A stretch of DNA of 64,000 nucleotides. Source: a virus. This document shows, one piece after another, positions 1 through 9,431 of the stretch; position 1 is the first letter of the stretch, and each line of letters begins with the position of its first letter. The stretch is from positions 4,039 through 68,038 of the IMG/VR virus record IMGVR_UViG_3300028607_003036; one strand, given 5' to 3'. The position numbers were made by a program, and so were the translations under genes. Below the pieces are notes generated by a model that was not told the DNA's origin, did no database searches, and saw only the letters and a program-made list of their open reading frames with translations.

Positions 1-1552
1 TTCCTATTAACGATTGATCACTTAAATACAAGCCTCCAAAGCCTATCTGTTCTTGTCCATAATTTAAGTTTCTTGTCTGTTTTACAGCAAAATATCCAGA
101 AGTCTTATCAGGTCTTCCTAAAATATTCTCAATACACCACGTAACAAACTTTTCATTATCAGGAATATTAGGTATTTGAGATGGTGGTTGATGTAAATTT
201 ATTGGAGCGTCCCAGCTTGCATAAGGGGATTCATCAATTAATTTTTCCCATTTTTTAGAAACTTCATCCCAATTAAAATGTTTTAAAGCTCCTTGATGGG
301 CATCAAAACCTTTCTTTTTACGGATAGATTCTGGTAGTTGAAAAAATTTATATAATTTATTTGCAAAATCTTGATTATCAGGATATGCTCTATATGCACC
401 AGTTTCAGATTCTCTAAACATTTTTTGTACATCAATTAATGTACCCTTTAACTTAGGAATCACACTCTCCATCGCACTATAATTTGTCCCCATTACTGGA
501 ACACCACAACATGCAGACTCAATTTGTGGCATTCCTTGACCTTCACACATAGAATATTGTACATACAGATCCATACAGTTATAAATTTGAGCTAATACTT
601 GTGGAGGAATTTGTGTTTGTACATGTGGTAATCCACAAGAATCTGTTCCACATTTTTGACAAACTGTTCTAGCCCCGCTAAAATATGAGATAGATATGTG
701 GTTACATTTATCATTTCTACAAAAATAAGTAAATAATATTTTGTTTGAAATATCAAATTCTCTTACAAGTTTAGGTATATCCCATCCTATATCTGGATAG
801 CTTGTGTGACATAGTAGAAAAGATTTGTTGTATAATGTTTCGTTATTATTTTCTTTACATTTATCTAAATATAATCTAAATGCTTCAAATAAATCGGGAA
901 ACAGTTTACGTTTTTGATTACGCATTACTGTTCCCACTATTAATAGGTCAGGATCTAAATTGTAAAATTTGCGTAAATCCTTCTTTTGTGGGATTGGCTT
1001 GAATATATCATGATCTGCACACGGAGGAGCAATCCCTTTTAAATTAATTAATCCTCCTCCCTCTCTCTTTAACTGTTCTTGTGCCCAGTCAGTATAACTA
1101 AATACCATATCGCAATCATTAATCATCATATCAATCCATTCATCCATTTGTGGGATGGAATCACATGGGGCATTCCAAATCCATGAAAAATATTTTTTTA
1201 AGGGCGTCTCTGCAATATGAGCATCCATCCAATTATCACGCATTGATAAAACAATATCTGGTTTATAGTCTAATAAAACTTCTTCAAGTCTCCATTCTCC
1301 AAACTGATTACTAGGCTTTAACGCATATACTTTCTGACCTTTCTTATCGTTTGATTCTGGCAGATTACAATATATTTTCCATGGCACTGATTGTAGTCGA
1401 GGATCAGTAATATGGACATAGCTTGCAAACTCAGCAATTTCTATATTAGGATTTTTAGATAATCTTTGGAGTAGATTTTTCCCATACACAGAGTATCCTG
1501 TAGATAGTTCTGTAAATTCTCCACACCAGAGTATCCTTTTTTTTCTACTCAA
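1..1552 (-). CDS. Glycosyltransferase family 4 (GT-B), 3' end runs off the window
   Basis: Not in the ORF track. Translated by hand from a TTG at 1552 that overlaps the upstream TGA: MSRKKRILWCGEFTELSTGYSVYG...VMRNQKRK...EGQGMPQIESACCGVPV. The frame is open at position 2. Confidence 0.88.
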   Translation of the reverse strand, partial: MSRKKRILWCGEFTELSTGYSVYGKNLLQRLSKNPNIEIAEFASYVHITDPRLQSVPWKIYCNLPESNDKKGQKVYALKPSNQFGEWRLEEVLLDYKPDIVLSMRDNWMDAHIAETPLKKYFSWIWNAPCDSIPQMDEWIDMMINDCDMVFSYTDWAQEQLKREGGGLINLKGIAPPCADHDIFKPIPQKKDLRKFYNLDPDLLIVGTVMRNQKRKLFPDLFEAFRLYLDKCKENNNETLYNKSFLLCHTSYPDIGWDIPKLVREFDISNKILFTYFCRNDKCNHISISYFSGARTVCQKCGTDSCGLPHVQTQIPPQVLAQIYNCMDLYVQYSMCEGQGMPQIESACCGVPVMGTNYSAMESVIPKLKGTLIDVQKMFRESETGAYRAYPDNQDFANKLYKFFQLPESIRKKKGFDAHQGALKHFNWDEVSKKWEKLIDESPYASWDAPINLHQPPSQIPNIPDNEKFVTWCIENILGRPDKTSGYFAVKQTRNLNYGQEQIGFGGLYLSDQSLIG

Positions 1553-2436
1553 CTATTTGATCCTTCTTCTGTGACTACTTCTTCTGTTAATCTTAATCCA
1601 CGTGAATTCCACCAAACCATTGGTCCAACAATACTTCTCCTAATATAGGCGGATCTAATTCTATTTTTTAGTTGTTCATTTGTTTGATTTGGAGTTTGAT
1701 CACATGAAAAATAAACTGCATATCCTTTACTAAAGTAATTTGTATTTAAATTCCAGTAAGTCCATGGTGTTCCATATTGGTATTTAAATTCTTCGTTTGA
1801 TTGATATAAATTATTAGATGGAGTAATTTCTGGAAAAAAAAGACAATCTGGATACGTTTTTAAAAATAAACTTATGTATGATTCCATGTATTCTTGATTA
1901 CCTGGACTATCTAGATAGAAAAATCTCATCCCTAATGCATATGCCCAATCTATTCTAGGCTTAAGATAGTTAAAAACTAAATCTCTGTCTATTGGAACTT
2001 GACCTAGATAATATGGACATTCTCTAGTAAATACTCCACGTGGATAGCTAGTTGTTATTAAGCATCCTGGAATTAATCCTGCATCTAATAACATGTTCAT
2101 CATACGTTCAAATAATGGTTCTGGTGCATCAGTATCTCTCATACGATATTTTAAAGGTTCTGGTAACTGATCAGGATTTTGGTATTCAATTCTTTCTAAT
2201 TGTGGATAGTGCTTTGGAATAAATCTATTTGTTAAACTGTGTATATAAACACCCTGAGCATTAATTTTTTGGCAATTAGTAATTACTCTCTTTGTTTCAG
2301 TAATAGCATTTTTAATAAAACATTTTTCATCATCTACATTTGTTAATGAAAATAGACCATCAAGATTATTTTCAGTAACATTTCTAGCTATATGCCACAT
2401 TCCGATTGGCCGTCTATCATTCCATGTAAAATTCAT
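1549..2436 (-). CDS. Hypothetical protein, possible glycoside-hydrolase-like TIM barrel
   Basis: Segments NAQGVYIH, GLIPGCLI, AYALGMRFFYLDS and LFFPE resemble GH-like barrels; adjacent to GT4. Confidence 0.35.
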   Translation of the reverse strand: MNFTWNDRRPIGMWHIARNVTENNLDGLFSLTNVDDEKCFIKNAITETKRVITNCQKINAQGVYIHSLTNRFIPKHYPQLERIEYQNPDQLPEPLKYRMRDTDAPEPLFERMMNMLLDAGLIPGCLITTSYPRGVFTRECPYYLGQVPIDRDLVFNYLKPRIDWAYALGMRFFYLDSPGNQEYMESYISLFLKTYPDCLFFPEITPSNNLYQSNEEFKYQYGTPWTYWNLNTNYFSKGYAVYFSCDQTPNQTNEQLKNRIRSAYIRRSIVGPMVWWNSRGLRLTEEVVTEEGSNS

Positions 2437-2684
2437 AAACCCGTACCCATTATTTTTGTTGGTTCTGGATAACCATAAAAGGTTCCTGAAACTGGTATAT
2501 TATCTAAATTGTAACTTTTTCCCGTTGTTACTTCAAGTTTTAAAGAAAAATACTTATCTAATACCTTAGTGAGTACCCGTTCTAATTTTTCTTCAGAAGT
2601 TTCTGATAGACTTTTTTCTTCATCTTTACTAAAAGGAATTATAGGGGTTACTACCGCAGCCCCGAAGAAATGTCTACGATTCAT
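2433..2684 (-). CDS. Small protein with twin-arginine-like N-terminus (MNRRHFFGAAVV)
   Basis: The ATG at 2684 overlaps the ssb stop, so it is preferred over the 2741 start; RRxF motif. Confidence 0.6.
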   Translation of the reverse strand: MNRRHFFGAAVVTPIIPFSKDEEKSLSETSEEKLERVLTKVLDKYFSLKLEVTTGKSYNLDNIPVSGTFYGYPEPTKIMGTGL

Positions 2685-3051
2685 CGTTTGCATTCTCCGT
2701 TCTATTTTTATGAAGACGACGATATAGTTTATCGAACTCATTAACTCTAAATTTCATTTTTGATCGTTTCTCTCCAGTGTTACGATCTTCCCATTGATGA
2801 TTCTTCGCAGTACATTCCACTTCAATACGATCACCCTTATTAAAATTCTTTGCAATAAATTCCGCCCCTTCGGCCCAAACTTCTATTTCAATCCACGTTG
2901 TTTCACTACACTTTTCACCATTTTTCTTAGTATAGCTTCTATTAATAGCTAGAGGCATATTTAATACAGCTACATCATTTTCTCCAACACGCTTTAGTTC
3001 AGGATCACTACCTAAATTACCCTTAAAACGACAAGAATTTTCAAGTGACAT
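2674..3051 (-). CDS. ssb: Single-stranded DNA-binding protein
   Basis: GNLGSDPELK...LAINRSY...TTWIEIEVW...KGDRIEVE...WEDRNTGEKRS matches the SSB OB-fold. Confidence 0.95.
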   Translation of the reverse strand: MSLENSCRFKGNLGSDPELKRVGENDVAVLNMPLAINRSYTKKNGEKCSETTWIEIEVWAEGAEFIAKNFNKGDRIEVECTAKNHQWEDRNTGEKRSKMKFRVNEFDKLYRRLHKNRTENANDES

Positions 3052-3596
3052 TATACTTCTCCTTGTAAAATAGCTAACAAAATAACTGCCCCATCCACAA
3101 CATCTTTTTCTTCAGACAGTTCTATTAATTCATCTATATCAACTCCATTAATATAACCTAAAAATATTTCGTATAGATACATCTCCTTTAATTTTAGTTC
3201 ATTGTTTATATCTGGTATGATTTTAAATAATAATTCATATTTAGATGTGCTTTCTATATTTTTAGAATCAAAACATTTTATTAAATTAATATCATATCCA
3301 ATTGATAAACAATGTGCATAAATATCTGCCAAAATAATAAGTTTAGTTGAATAAGAAGAAATATTTATTTTAGCATTATATTCTGATATATTTGATATCA
3401 CTTCAATACTATGTGTTTCTTTGTTAATTACCGATATTTTATATTTAATTATTAATTTTTCTATCTGCTGTAATAGTAGTGAGTTTTGCGGAAAATGTAT
3501 CTCACATATATTTTCTCCACTTTTAAAATATGCATTTAGTGCATAATCATTATGTTCAAGGAAATCTTGCAATGGCTTTAGGTCAATTTGATACAT
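3051..3596 (-). CDS. Hypothetical protein, probably on a leaderless transcript
   Basis: 181-aa ORF; the ATG lies 6 nt after a consensus -10 box. Confidence 0.75.
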   Translation of the reverse strand: MYQIDLKPLQDFLEHNDYALNAYFKSGENICEIHFPQNSLLLQQIEKLIIKYKISVINKETHSIEVISNISEYNAKINISSYSTKLIILADIYAHCLSIGYDINLIKCFDSKNIESTSKYELLFKIIPDINNELKLKEMYLYEIFLGYINGVDIDELIELSEEKDVVDGAVILLAILQGEV

Positions 3597-3602
3597 TACT
3601 AT

Positions 3603-3630
3603 ATTATAACTCCTTATTCAATTTTGTCAA
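3603..3630 (-). promoter_or_regulatory. Sigma-70 promoter TTGACA-N16-TATAAT
   Basis: Minus strand reads TTGACA AAATTGAATAAGGAGT TATAAT ATAGTA ATG. Confidence 0.85.
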
Positions 3631-5268
3631 CTATCTGTTCCAAATTTTTGTAATAATAAATCCCCCCTTCTTACTAATCTGCACTTTCATTGTAACTACA
3701 GTATTTTCTTGTAATTCTAACTTATATTCTTCTAGTTGTGATGAAAAAATTACAAGTCCATCTAATGTGCAAGTTTTATCCGAAACTGTCACAAAAGCCA
3801 TTTTTGAACCTTTGTTTTTTCCATTTTTAATAATATAATCATTGATAGTTTGTATTTCTACACCAAGAATAATGTATTTAGATTGACATCCATCTAGTAA
3901 TTCCTTACATGTGTGTGTGACTCCTATAACATTATGTGTGTCTAATCTATCATAGGTGAGTGGTATACCTAATAAGTGATGTTCTTTATTAATAATCCAG
4001 TCTGGATCATCTTTTGTTGAACTTTCAGGATTTTTTAGTGATTGTACTTGACTTTTCACTATTTCAGAACGATTTTTATTATGTGTTCCACCGCCATTCT
4101 TTTTAGTAGGTAACAATTTTTCTAAAATATCAATAAATGACCCAATATCGAAATTTTCTTGAACCCATTCCTGCTCCTTTTTAGATAAGGATTTCCATAT
4201 TTTATATTCTGTCAACATTTGTGTTCTTGTTTTTTCAAAATAATCTAATGATCCTGATGAGATTAAAGCTTCTATTACTCTTGAACTCACTACATTAGAA
4301 TCATAAATTATAAATGATTCCCAATGAAAAAGCGAGTACTCGCATGTTTCTTGTATGGGATTACGTTGTAAACTTAGGGGAAGAGAAGAGATTGATAGGG
4401 CCATAGAATTAAAATATACTTCAGGCGATATCAATTTTTTAATAGATGATTCACCAACCCCTTTGATATGTGACAAGCCGTATGAAATTGTATTATCATG
4501 AATTTTAAAGTCAATATTTCCTTTAAGTAAATTTGGAGAATTAACTCTTATTCCTAAAAATTTAGCATCTTCAATTAATTCTCTAATTTCAGTATATTTA
4601 TCTTGCTTATTTTTTGCTCCGTTCAACCAAGAAACAAAGAACTCTATTTTTGAATGCGACTTAATATAAGCACACCAATAAGATTCTAATGCATAAGCTA
4701 TTGCGTGCGATTTATTAAAAGAGTAGCGTTGAGATTTTTCTATCCAATCAAAAAGTTCTTCTCCTTTCTCTTTTGATATTTTCCCAGATTTTTCACATCC
4801 ACTTATAAATTCTTCACGCAATACTGTCATATCCTTTGCTATCTTTTTACCAATTGCTTTTCTAAGTTTATCCGCTTGTTGAGCTGTGAAGTCAGCAATT
4901 TCCATAACAATTCTAATCGCCTGTTCTTGATAAGTGAGGATTCCATAAGTTTTCCTTAAAATAGAGTCTACTATAGGATGATATTCTGGTATTTCTTCTA
5001 GTCCATTTTTTCTATCTGAGAAATGGTGGGTTAAACTTTTTCCTTCCAGCTTAGATTTTAGAGTTCCTGGTCTAATTACACTTATGACGGCAGCAAGTTC
5101 TTCAATGGATCTTGGTTTAATATTTCGACACCACGTTTTACCTAAATTTGTCTCAAGTTGAAAAACTCCTTTCGTATATCCGCTACATAATAAATCCCAA
5201 ACTTTAGGACAATCAAGTGGAACCTTGGTTATATCTAATTTTGTTACATTGCAATAATCACAATTCAT
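3631..5268 (-). CDS. dnaE: DNA polymerase III alpha subunit, C-terminal half (fingers, HhH, OB fold)
   Basis: GVFQLE, IRPG, TYGILTYQEQ, LRKAIGKK, YSFNKSHAIAY, GLSHIKGVG, MAFVTVSD. Confidence 0.95.
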   Translation of the reverse strand: MNCDYCNVTKLDITKVPLDCPKVWDLLCSGYTKGVFQLETNLGKTWCRNIKPRSIEELAAVISVIRPGTLKSKLEGKSLTHHFSDRKNGLEEIPEYHPIVDSILRKTYGILTYQEQAIRIVMEIADFTAQQADKLRKAIGKKIAKDMTVLREEFISGCEKSGKISKEKGEELFDWIEKSQRYSFNKSHAIAYALESYWCAYIKSHSKIEFFVSWLNGAKNKQDKYTEIRELIEDAKFLGIRVNSPNLLKGNIDFKIHDNTISYGLSHIKGVGESSIKKLISPEVYFNSMALSISSLPLSLQRNPIQETCEYSLFHWESFIIYDSNVVSSRVIEALISSGSLDYFEKTRTQMLTEYKIWKSLSKKEQEWVQENFDIGSFIDILEKLLPTKKNGGGTHNKNRSEIVKSQVQSLKNPESSTKDDPDWIINKEHHLLGIPLTYDRLDTHNVIGVTHTCKELLDGCQSKYIILGVEIQTINDYIIKNGKNKGSKMAFVTVSDKTCTLDGLVIFSSQLEEYKLELQENTVVTMKVQISKKGGFIITKIWNR

Positions 5269-5740
5269 CTATCCAATCCTTATAAGCCGACCAAACTTTG
5301 GTATCATTTAATATTTCAGAACCCGTTTTGACGATTAGATCGTTGGGATAATGTAAGCGTCTATCTAAAAGATTTATAGCATTGTTTATTCCATTATATT
5401 TACATGCAATTAAAAATCCCATAGCTGATGACCGAGATACACCAGCCTGACAGCAAGAAACAAGTTCGTCCTTGTTTTCAGCCCAATCTAATGCGCTTTC
5501 TACATGAACTCTTGTTGGAAAAATTAAAGGTTTGCTAATGTGTCTAGATAAATAATCAAGTCTTCTTTTATAATTGTCTTTTATTCCATAGATATCATCA
5601 AACATCATATGAAAAATATTTGATTTATTAATATCTATAAAACGATCAGCATCATCTTCCCCTAAAAGAAGAGTTGGTAAATTAAGATTATTAAAATGTA
5701 ATATGTATGTAGCACGACTACATATATGTATAGTTTTCAT
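5258..5740 (-). CDS. Protein-tyrosine/dual-specificity phosphatase-like protein
   Basis: CX5R P-loop CQAGVSRSS; upstream FDDI general-acid loop. Confidence 0.8.
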   Translation of the reverse strand: MKTIHICSRATYILHFNNLNLPTLLLGEDDADRFIDINKSNIFHMMFDDIYGIKDNYKRRLDYLSRHISKPLIFPTRVHVESALDWAENKDELVSCCQAGVSRSSAMGFLIACKYNGINNAINLLDRRLHYPNDLIVKTGSEILNDTKVWSAYKDWIDEL

Positions 5741-6369
5741 TTATTTTTACCAAATTTTACATTAGCTGCACATCTCCTTGTTAACTTCATAAACTTTATA
5801 AATATCTCAGCAGTAACTTTTACATCATCAAGTGCCGAGTGATCTTTTCTCTTTTCCATTTCAAGTAATTCTATCATACTATCTAGTTTTAGATTTTTAA
5901 TAACTCCGGTGTCATAACACCAATGAAATATTAGAATCATAGTATCTAAATATTCGGGAATAAAAGAAAATAAAGATTGTCTATCATATTTTTTGTCCCA
6001 GGGACCGTATTTTTTACACAATATATTAAGAAATTTCAAGTCAAAAGCGACATTATGACCCATTATTATGGGAGCGGTCCAAGTAGTTCCTTTAGAATTA
6101 TATTTATTTACATAGGATACAAAACTTTCCCATGCAACCTTGGGATGGATTTTATCTTCTAAAGATTTTAATGTGATACCATGAACAGCTTCAGCTCCTT
6201 TTGACCAATTTGCTGGTTTTTGTGGTTTGATATAAACGTCAAAAGTATCATCTTTTATTTCCAGGGTTCGTGGATCTATTACACAGGCGGAAAGTTGAAT
6301 AATCTCATTATCTTTAATTGACAAGCCAGTAGTTTCTGTGTCTACACAAATTATATATTTATTATTCAT
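5737..6369 (-). CDS. dnaQ: DEDDh 3'-5' exonuclease (DnaQ/epsilon-like)
   Basis: VDTETTGL, GHNVAFDLKFL, HSALDDV. Confidence 0.92.
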   Translation of the reverse strand: MNNKYIICVDTETTGLSIKDNEIIQLSACVIDPRTLEIKDDTFDVYIKPQKPANWSKGAEAVHGITLKSLEDKIHPKVAWESFVSYVNKYNSKGTTWTAPIIMGHNVAFDLKFLNILCKKYGPWDKKYDRQSLFSFIPEYLDTMILIFHWCYDTGVIKNLKLDSMIELLEMEKRKDHSALDDVKVTAEIFIKFMKLTRRCAANVKFGKNK

Positions 6370-6447
6370 TATTTATTTTATCCAAAAATATTTCTAATAT
6401 TTGTTCTATATTTAAGCTCTGGATGTTTTATTGCTAGACAATTTTTT

Positions 6448-6678
6448 TTAATGACTTTGCCAATCGTACCATGGAGATAATTCTTGTAATGCTTCTAATT
6501 TGGATTTTGCAGATTCATAATTTTTAACTAATTCATTGGCACTTTCAACAATATCATTATGTTCTCCAATTCCGCATGGTGCGTCAATATAAACTAAAAA
6601 ATTTGTCTTAGCTTTTTGAGCCTCCGCTTCATATTGAGTTCTCAATGCATCAACTAGTCTTGTTTTATGTTCAGACAT
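6448..6678 (-). CDS. Hypothetical protein
   Basis: 76-aa ORF containing GIGEHNDIV, in operon orientation. Confidence 0.7.
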   Translation of the reverse strand: MSEHKTRLVDALRTQYEAEAQKAKTNFLVYIDAPCGIGEHNDIVESANELVKNYESAKSKLEALQELSPWYDWQSH

Positions 6679-6680
6679 TT

Positions 6681-6914
6681 TTAATCCTTTTCGTAATAAA
6701 TAAAGTATGTATTATTAACTTCTTGATATTTAATTTTTAGATGAGTTTTTCTTGTTTCCCAAATTACAGGAAATTCTTTTACTTTAGTAATTTCTCCTTT
6801 CCTATTATAAGTGAAGTAGTTATCACTTAATCCTTTTTCAATAAGAATTCGTTCTATACATTTAGCATCCTCTAGTTGTTGCTTTGTTAAAGATTTATCT
6901 ATTTCAATTTTCAT
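6681..6914 (-). CDS. Hypothetical protein
   Basis: 77-aa ORF, tightly packed with its neighbours. Confidence 0.6.
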   Translation of the reverse strand: MKIEIDKSLTKQQLEDAKCIERILIEKGLSDNYFTYNRKGEITKVKEFPVIWETRKTHLKIKYQEVNNTYFIYYEKD

Positions 6915-7116
6915 TGTCTACGACTACTAAATATGGATGTTCTACGAAAATTTCTACTTCTGGATTTATAACGAATATTACAACTTCTGCAAGTTCTCCA
7001 GCTTTTATATTCCATTCAACTTTTGAAATTCCTTCTATTAGTTCTCCAGTCTCTGCATTTACTATCTTTGTTCCTTCAGGACGCATTGATCCATCACTAA
7101 TAAGTTTAAGTTTCAT
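6904..7116 (-). CDS. Hypothetical protein
   Basis: 70-aa ORF overlapping the dnaE-N stop. Confidence 0.7.
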   Translation of the reverse strand: MKLKLISDGSMRPEGTKIVNAETGELIEGISKVEWNIKAGELAEVVIFVINPEVEIFVEHPYLVVVDNEN

Positions 7117-8872
7117 TAATTAGCTCTTGTGCATTTTTTAGTTTGTCTAGCGTATTTAGCCCAAGACAATCAAATTTAACTAATCCTACATCTTCACATT
7201 CGTTCATCTCAAATGATGTAATCATTTCATCACTTGATTTATCCTTAATCATTGGACAGATATCAGTAATTGGTTCGCTTGATACTATAACGCCGGCAGG
7301 ATGCTTTGACGAAGATTTGTATACTCCTTCTAGACGGTAAGCCTGTTCAAATCTTTTAGAATATTCTCCCTGATATTTACCATTCTCATCAAGATAACAC
7401 CACTCTTTTAAGTCGTTGCCTCTATGTTCAAGTGCCCACTGAATAATACTGGACTTTTTCCCATCTTGTCTCATAACTTCTAGCTCATCAGAAATGGAAG
7501 ATTCTTGTGGTAAGAATGATGTAATTTTGTTCATCTCGGCAAATCCACATGTATTATGTGCACGCAACACTTCTTTTAATGCTCCCCGTCCCATGAGACG
7601 ACCAAATGTGACCATCTGAGCTACATGATCGTGACCATATTTATCTCTTATATAAGTAATAGTTTTTTCCCGTTTGTCAACCTCAAAATCTATGTCAATA
7701 TCGGGAAGTGCCACCCTATCCTCTGTATTTCGCCCAGCATTATAAAATCTTTCAAAAATTAATCCATATTTTATTGGGTCAACATCCGTTATCTCTATTA
7801 AGTAGGCTACTAGACTTCCACCGACAGAACCTCTCGCTGTTCCCACTAATCCGTGTTTTTTAGCATCAATTACATAATCTTGAACAATAAGAAAATAACT
7901 AGCAAGATTAGCTCCCTCAATAATATTAAGTTCTTTTTTAACTCTATCGGCATATTCTATATTAGTGTTATCAATACCTTTTTCTTTCCAGCCATTTCTA
8001 CATAATTGTCGCAGATACTCATTGTCTGATTGATTATTAGGACACTTAAACTTAGGAAGCATAGGTCTATTTAGAATATCATACTCTTCACACATATCCG
8101 CAACAATTTGTGTATTATTAATCTCTTCATGAGTAAATCCCATGTTTTCTATTTCGTCCTGCGAATGCAGGTAATAATTTTTAGATGCGAAAAATCCTAT
8201 ATTTTCCATCTCTGACAATTTTTTACCTGCACTAAGTGCCAGTAATAGTCTATGATCATCAACATCTGTTCCGGGTGAGCAATAGTGAGGATTCGTAGTG
8301 GCTACACATTTTAAATCAAAAATCTCAGCCAGCTTTTTCATCATGTTTGATGCATATAGTTGTGCCGGCGTTTCTTCTATATCGTGTAGTTGGACTTCTA
8401 AGAAAACGTTCTCCTTACCAAATCTTTTGATGTATCCTTCAATATTTGTTGCAATATGTTCATCTGCATCTATATCAATATATTCTTTTATAGCATCTGC
8501 GTCTTTAAGATTATAGGCAATGGTTGGATTCGTAAACATCAAATCCGTAGTATGACAACCAATTCTACCTACAATACATATTAAGTTTTGTCCTAGTGGT
8601 TCTTCTAATCCTGATACAACTTTAATAAGTTTTTTCCAGCCATTTTTGTTTTTAGCAATTAGGACAAAGTCTTTAAACTTGGAACCGAGTAGGGGTTTAA
8701 TATTGGCTGCTTTCGCTGCCTTGAAAAACGGAACGGCTCCCGATATAGAAGTATCATCGGTTAAGGCTATTGAAGTATATCCTAATTCCTCAGCTCTTTC
8801 AACTATTTGTTTTGGTGTATTTAGACCCCGTAAAATACTGTAATGTGAATGAGAACATAGTAGATTAAACAT
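7106..8872 (-). CDS. dnaE: DNA polymerase III alpha subunit, N-terminal half (PHP and palm)
   Basis: HSHYSIL PHP motif, GTARGSVGGSLVAY, LPDIDIDF and KFDCLGL carry all three catalytic Asp; likely start MFNLL at 8872. Confidence 0.95.
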   Translation of the reverse strand: MFNLLCSHSHYSILRGLNTPKQIVERAEELGYTSIALTDDTSISGAVPFFKAAKAANIKPLLGSKFKDFVLIAKNKNGWKKLIKVVSGLEEPLGQNLICIVGRIGCHTTDLMFTNPTIAYNLKDADAIKEYIDIDADEHIATNIEGYIKRFGKENVFLEVQLHDIEETPAQLYASNMMKKLAEIFDLKCVATTNPHYCSPGTDVDDHRLLLALSAGKKLSEMENIGFFASKNYYLHSQDEIENMGFTHEEINNTQIVADMCEEYDILNRPMLPKFKCPNNQSDNEYLRQLCRNGWKEKGIDNTNIEYADRVKKELNIIEGANLASYFLIVQDYVIDAKKHGLVGTARGSVGGSLVAYLIEITDVDPIKYGLIFERFYNAGRNTEDRVALPDIDIDFEVDKREKTITYIRDKYGHDHVAQMVTFGRLMGRGALKEVLRAHNTCGFAEMNKITSFLPQESSISDELEVMRQDGKKSSIIQWALEHRGNDLKEWCYLDENGKYQGEYSKRFEQAYRLEGVYKSSSKHPAGVIVSSEPITDICPMIKDKSSDEMITSFEMNECEDVGLVKFDCLGLNTLDKLKNAQELINET

Positions 8873-9431
8873 TTTTACTTCTATCTTTTTGTAGGTATCT
8901 TTTAGCATTTTTAACAAAAGTCGCATCTTCTATGAAACCTAATCCTACATTACATCTATGACATAGCAATCCTCTCATATGACCTTTTTCATGACAATGG
9001 TCAACACGCCAATTCTCATGTTCAAATTCAATTTTACAAATATCACATGAATTATATTGGATAATAAGATATTTTTGTATAATTTGTCGTGCTAAAAATA
9101 CTTGATCCTTTGTCGTTAGTTGTTTATCTAGGTTGAAATAGCTATGTTTTATGTGTATATAAATTTTACAGTTTTTACACCGACCTTCCCTTCCATCTTT
9201 GTGCTCTTTGTGTATCACGAATTCCTTTATATCTTTTATTTTATTACAATACATACATTCTTTTGACCCCTCCATTTTTGGAGGATATTTTGGTGCTATA
9301 TTTCTAGCATATTCTTTCGCACAATTTTTACACGAATATTGAAATCCTGCACCTTTTTTATAAAAATATTCCGATGTTAAAAGAAATTCTTTTTTACACC
9401 CATAACATTTTCTAGTTTCCACTACTACCAA
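8865..9431 (-). CDS. Endonuclease VII-type HNH, probably a free-standing homing endonuclease
   Basis: CxxC repeats followed by CDIC...VDHCHEKGHMRGLLCHRCNVGLG. Confidence 0.9.
   Translation of the reverse strand: MVVVETRKCYGCKKEFLLTSEYFYKKGAGFQYSCKNCAKEYARNIAPKYPPKMEGSKECMYCNKIKDIKEFVIHKEHKDGREGRCKNCKIYIHIKHSYFNLDKQLTTKDQVFLARQIIQKYLIIQYNSCDICKIEFEHENWRVDHCHEKGHMRGLLCHRCNVGLGFIEDATFVKNAKRYLQKDRSKNV

Noticed and set aside
6370-6447. Possible frameshifted endonuclease tail (LAIKHPE/LNIEQILEIFLDK)
   Set aside because: It is too short, needs a frameshift and gives only weak resemblance.
5268-7106. Split intein or self-splicing intron joining the dnaE halves
   Set aside because: There are no intein block motifs or terminal HN at either junction, and the gap holds ordinary genes rather than intron structure.
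8873-8926. Track N-terminal extensions (dnaE-N 8926, thyX 34717, 27282, 41642, 21019, 2741)
   Set aside because: They overlap upstream genes or regulatory elements; downstream ATGs fit family N-termini, SD position or start/stop coupling better.
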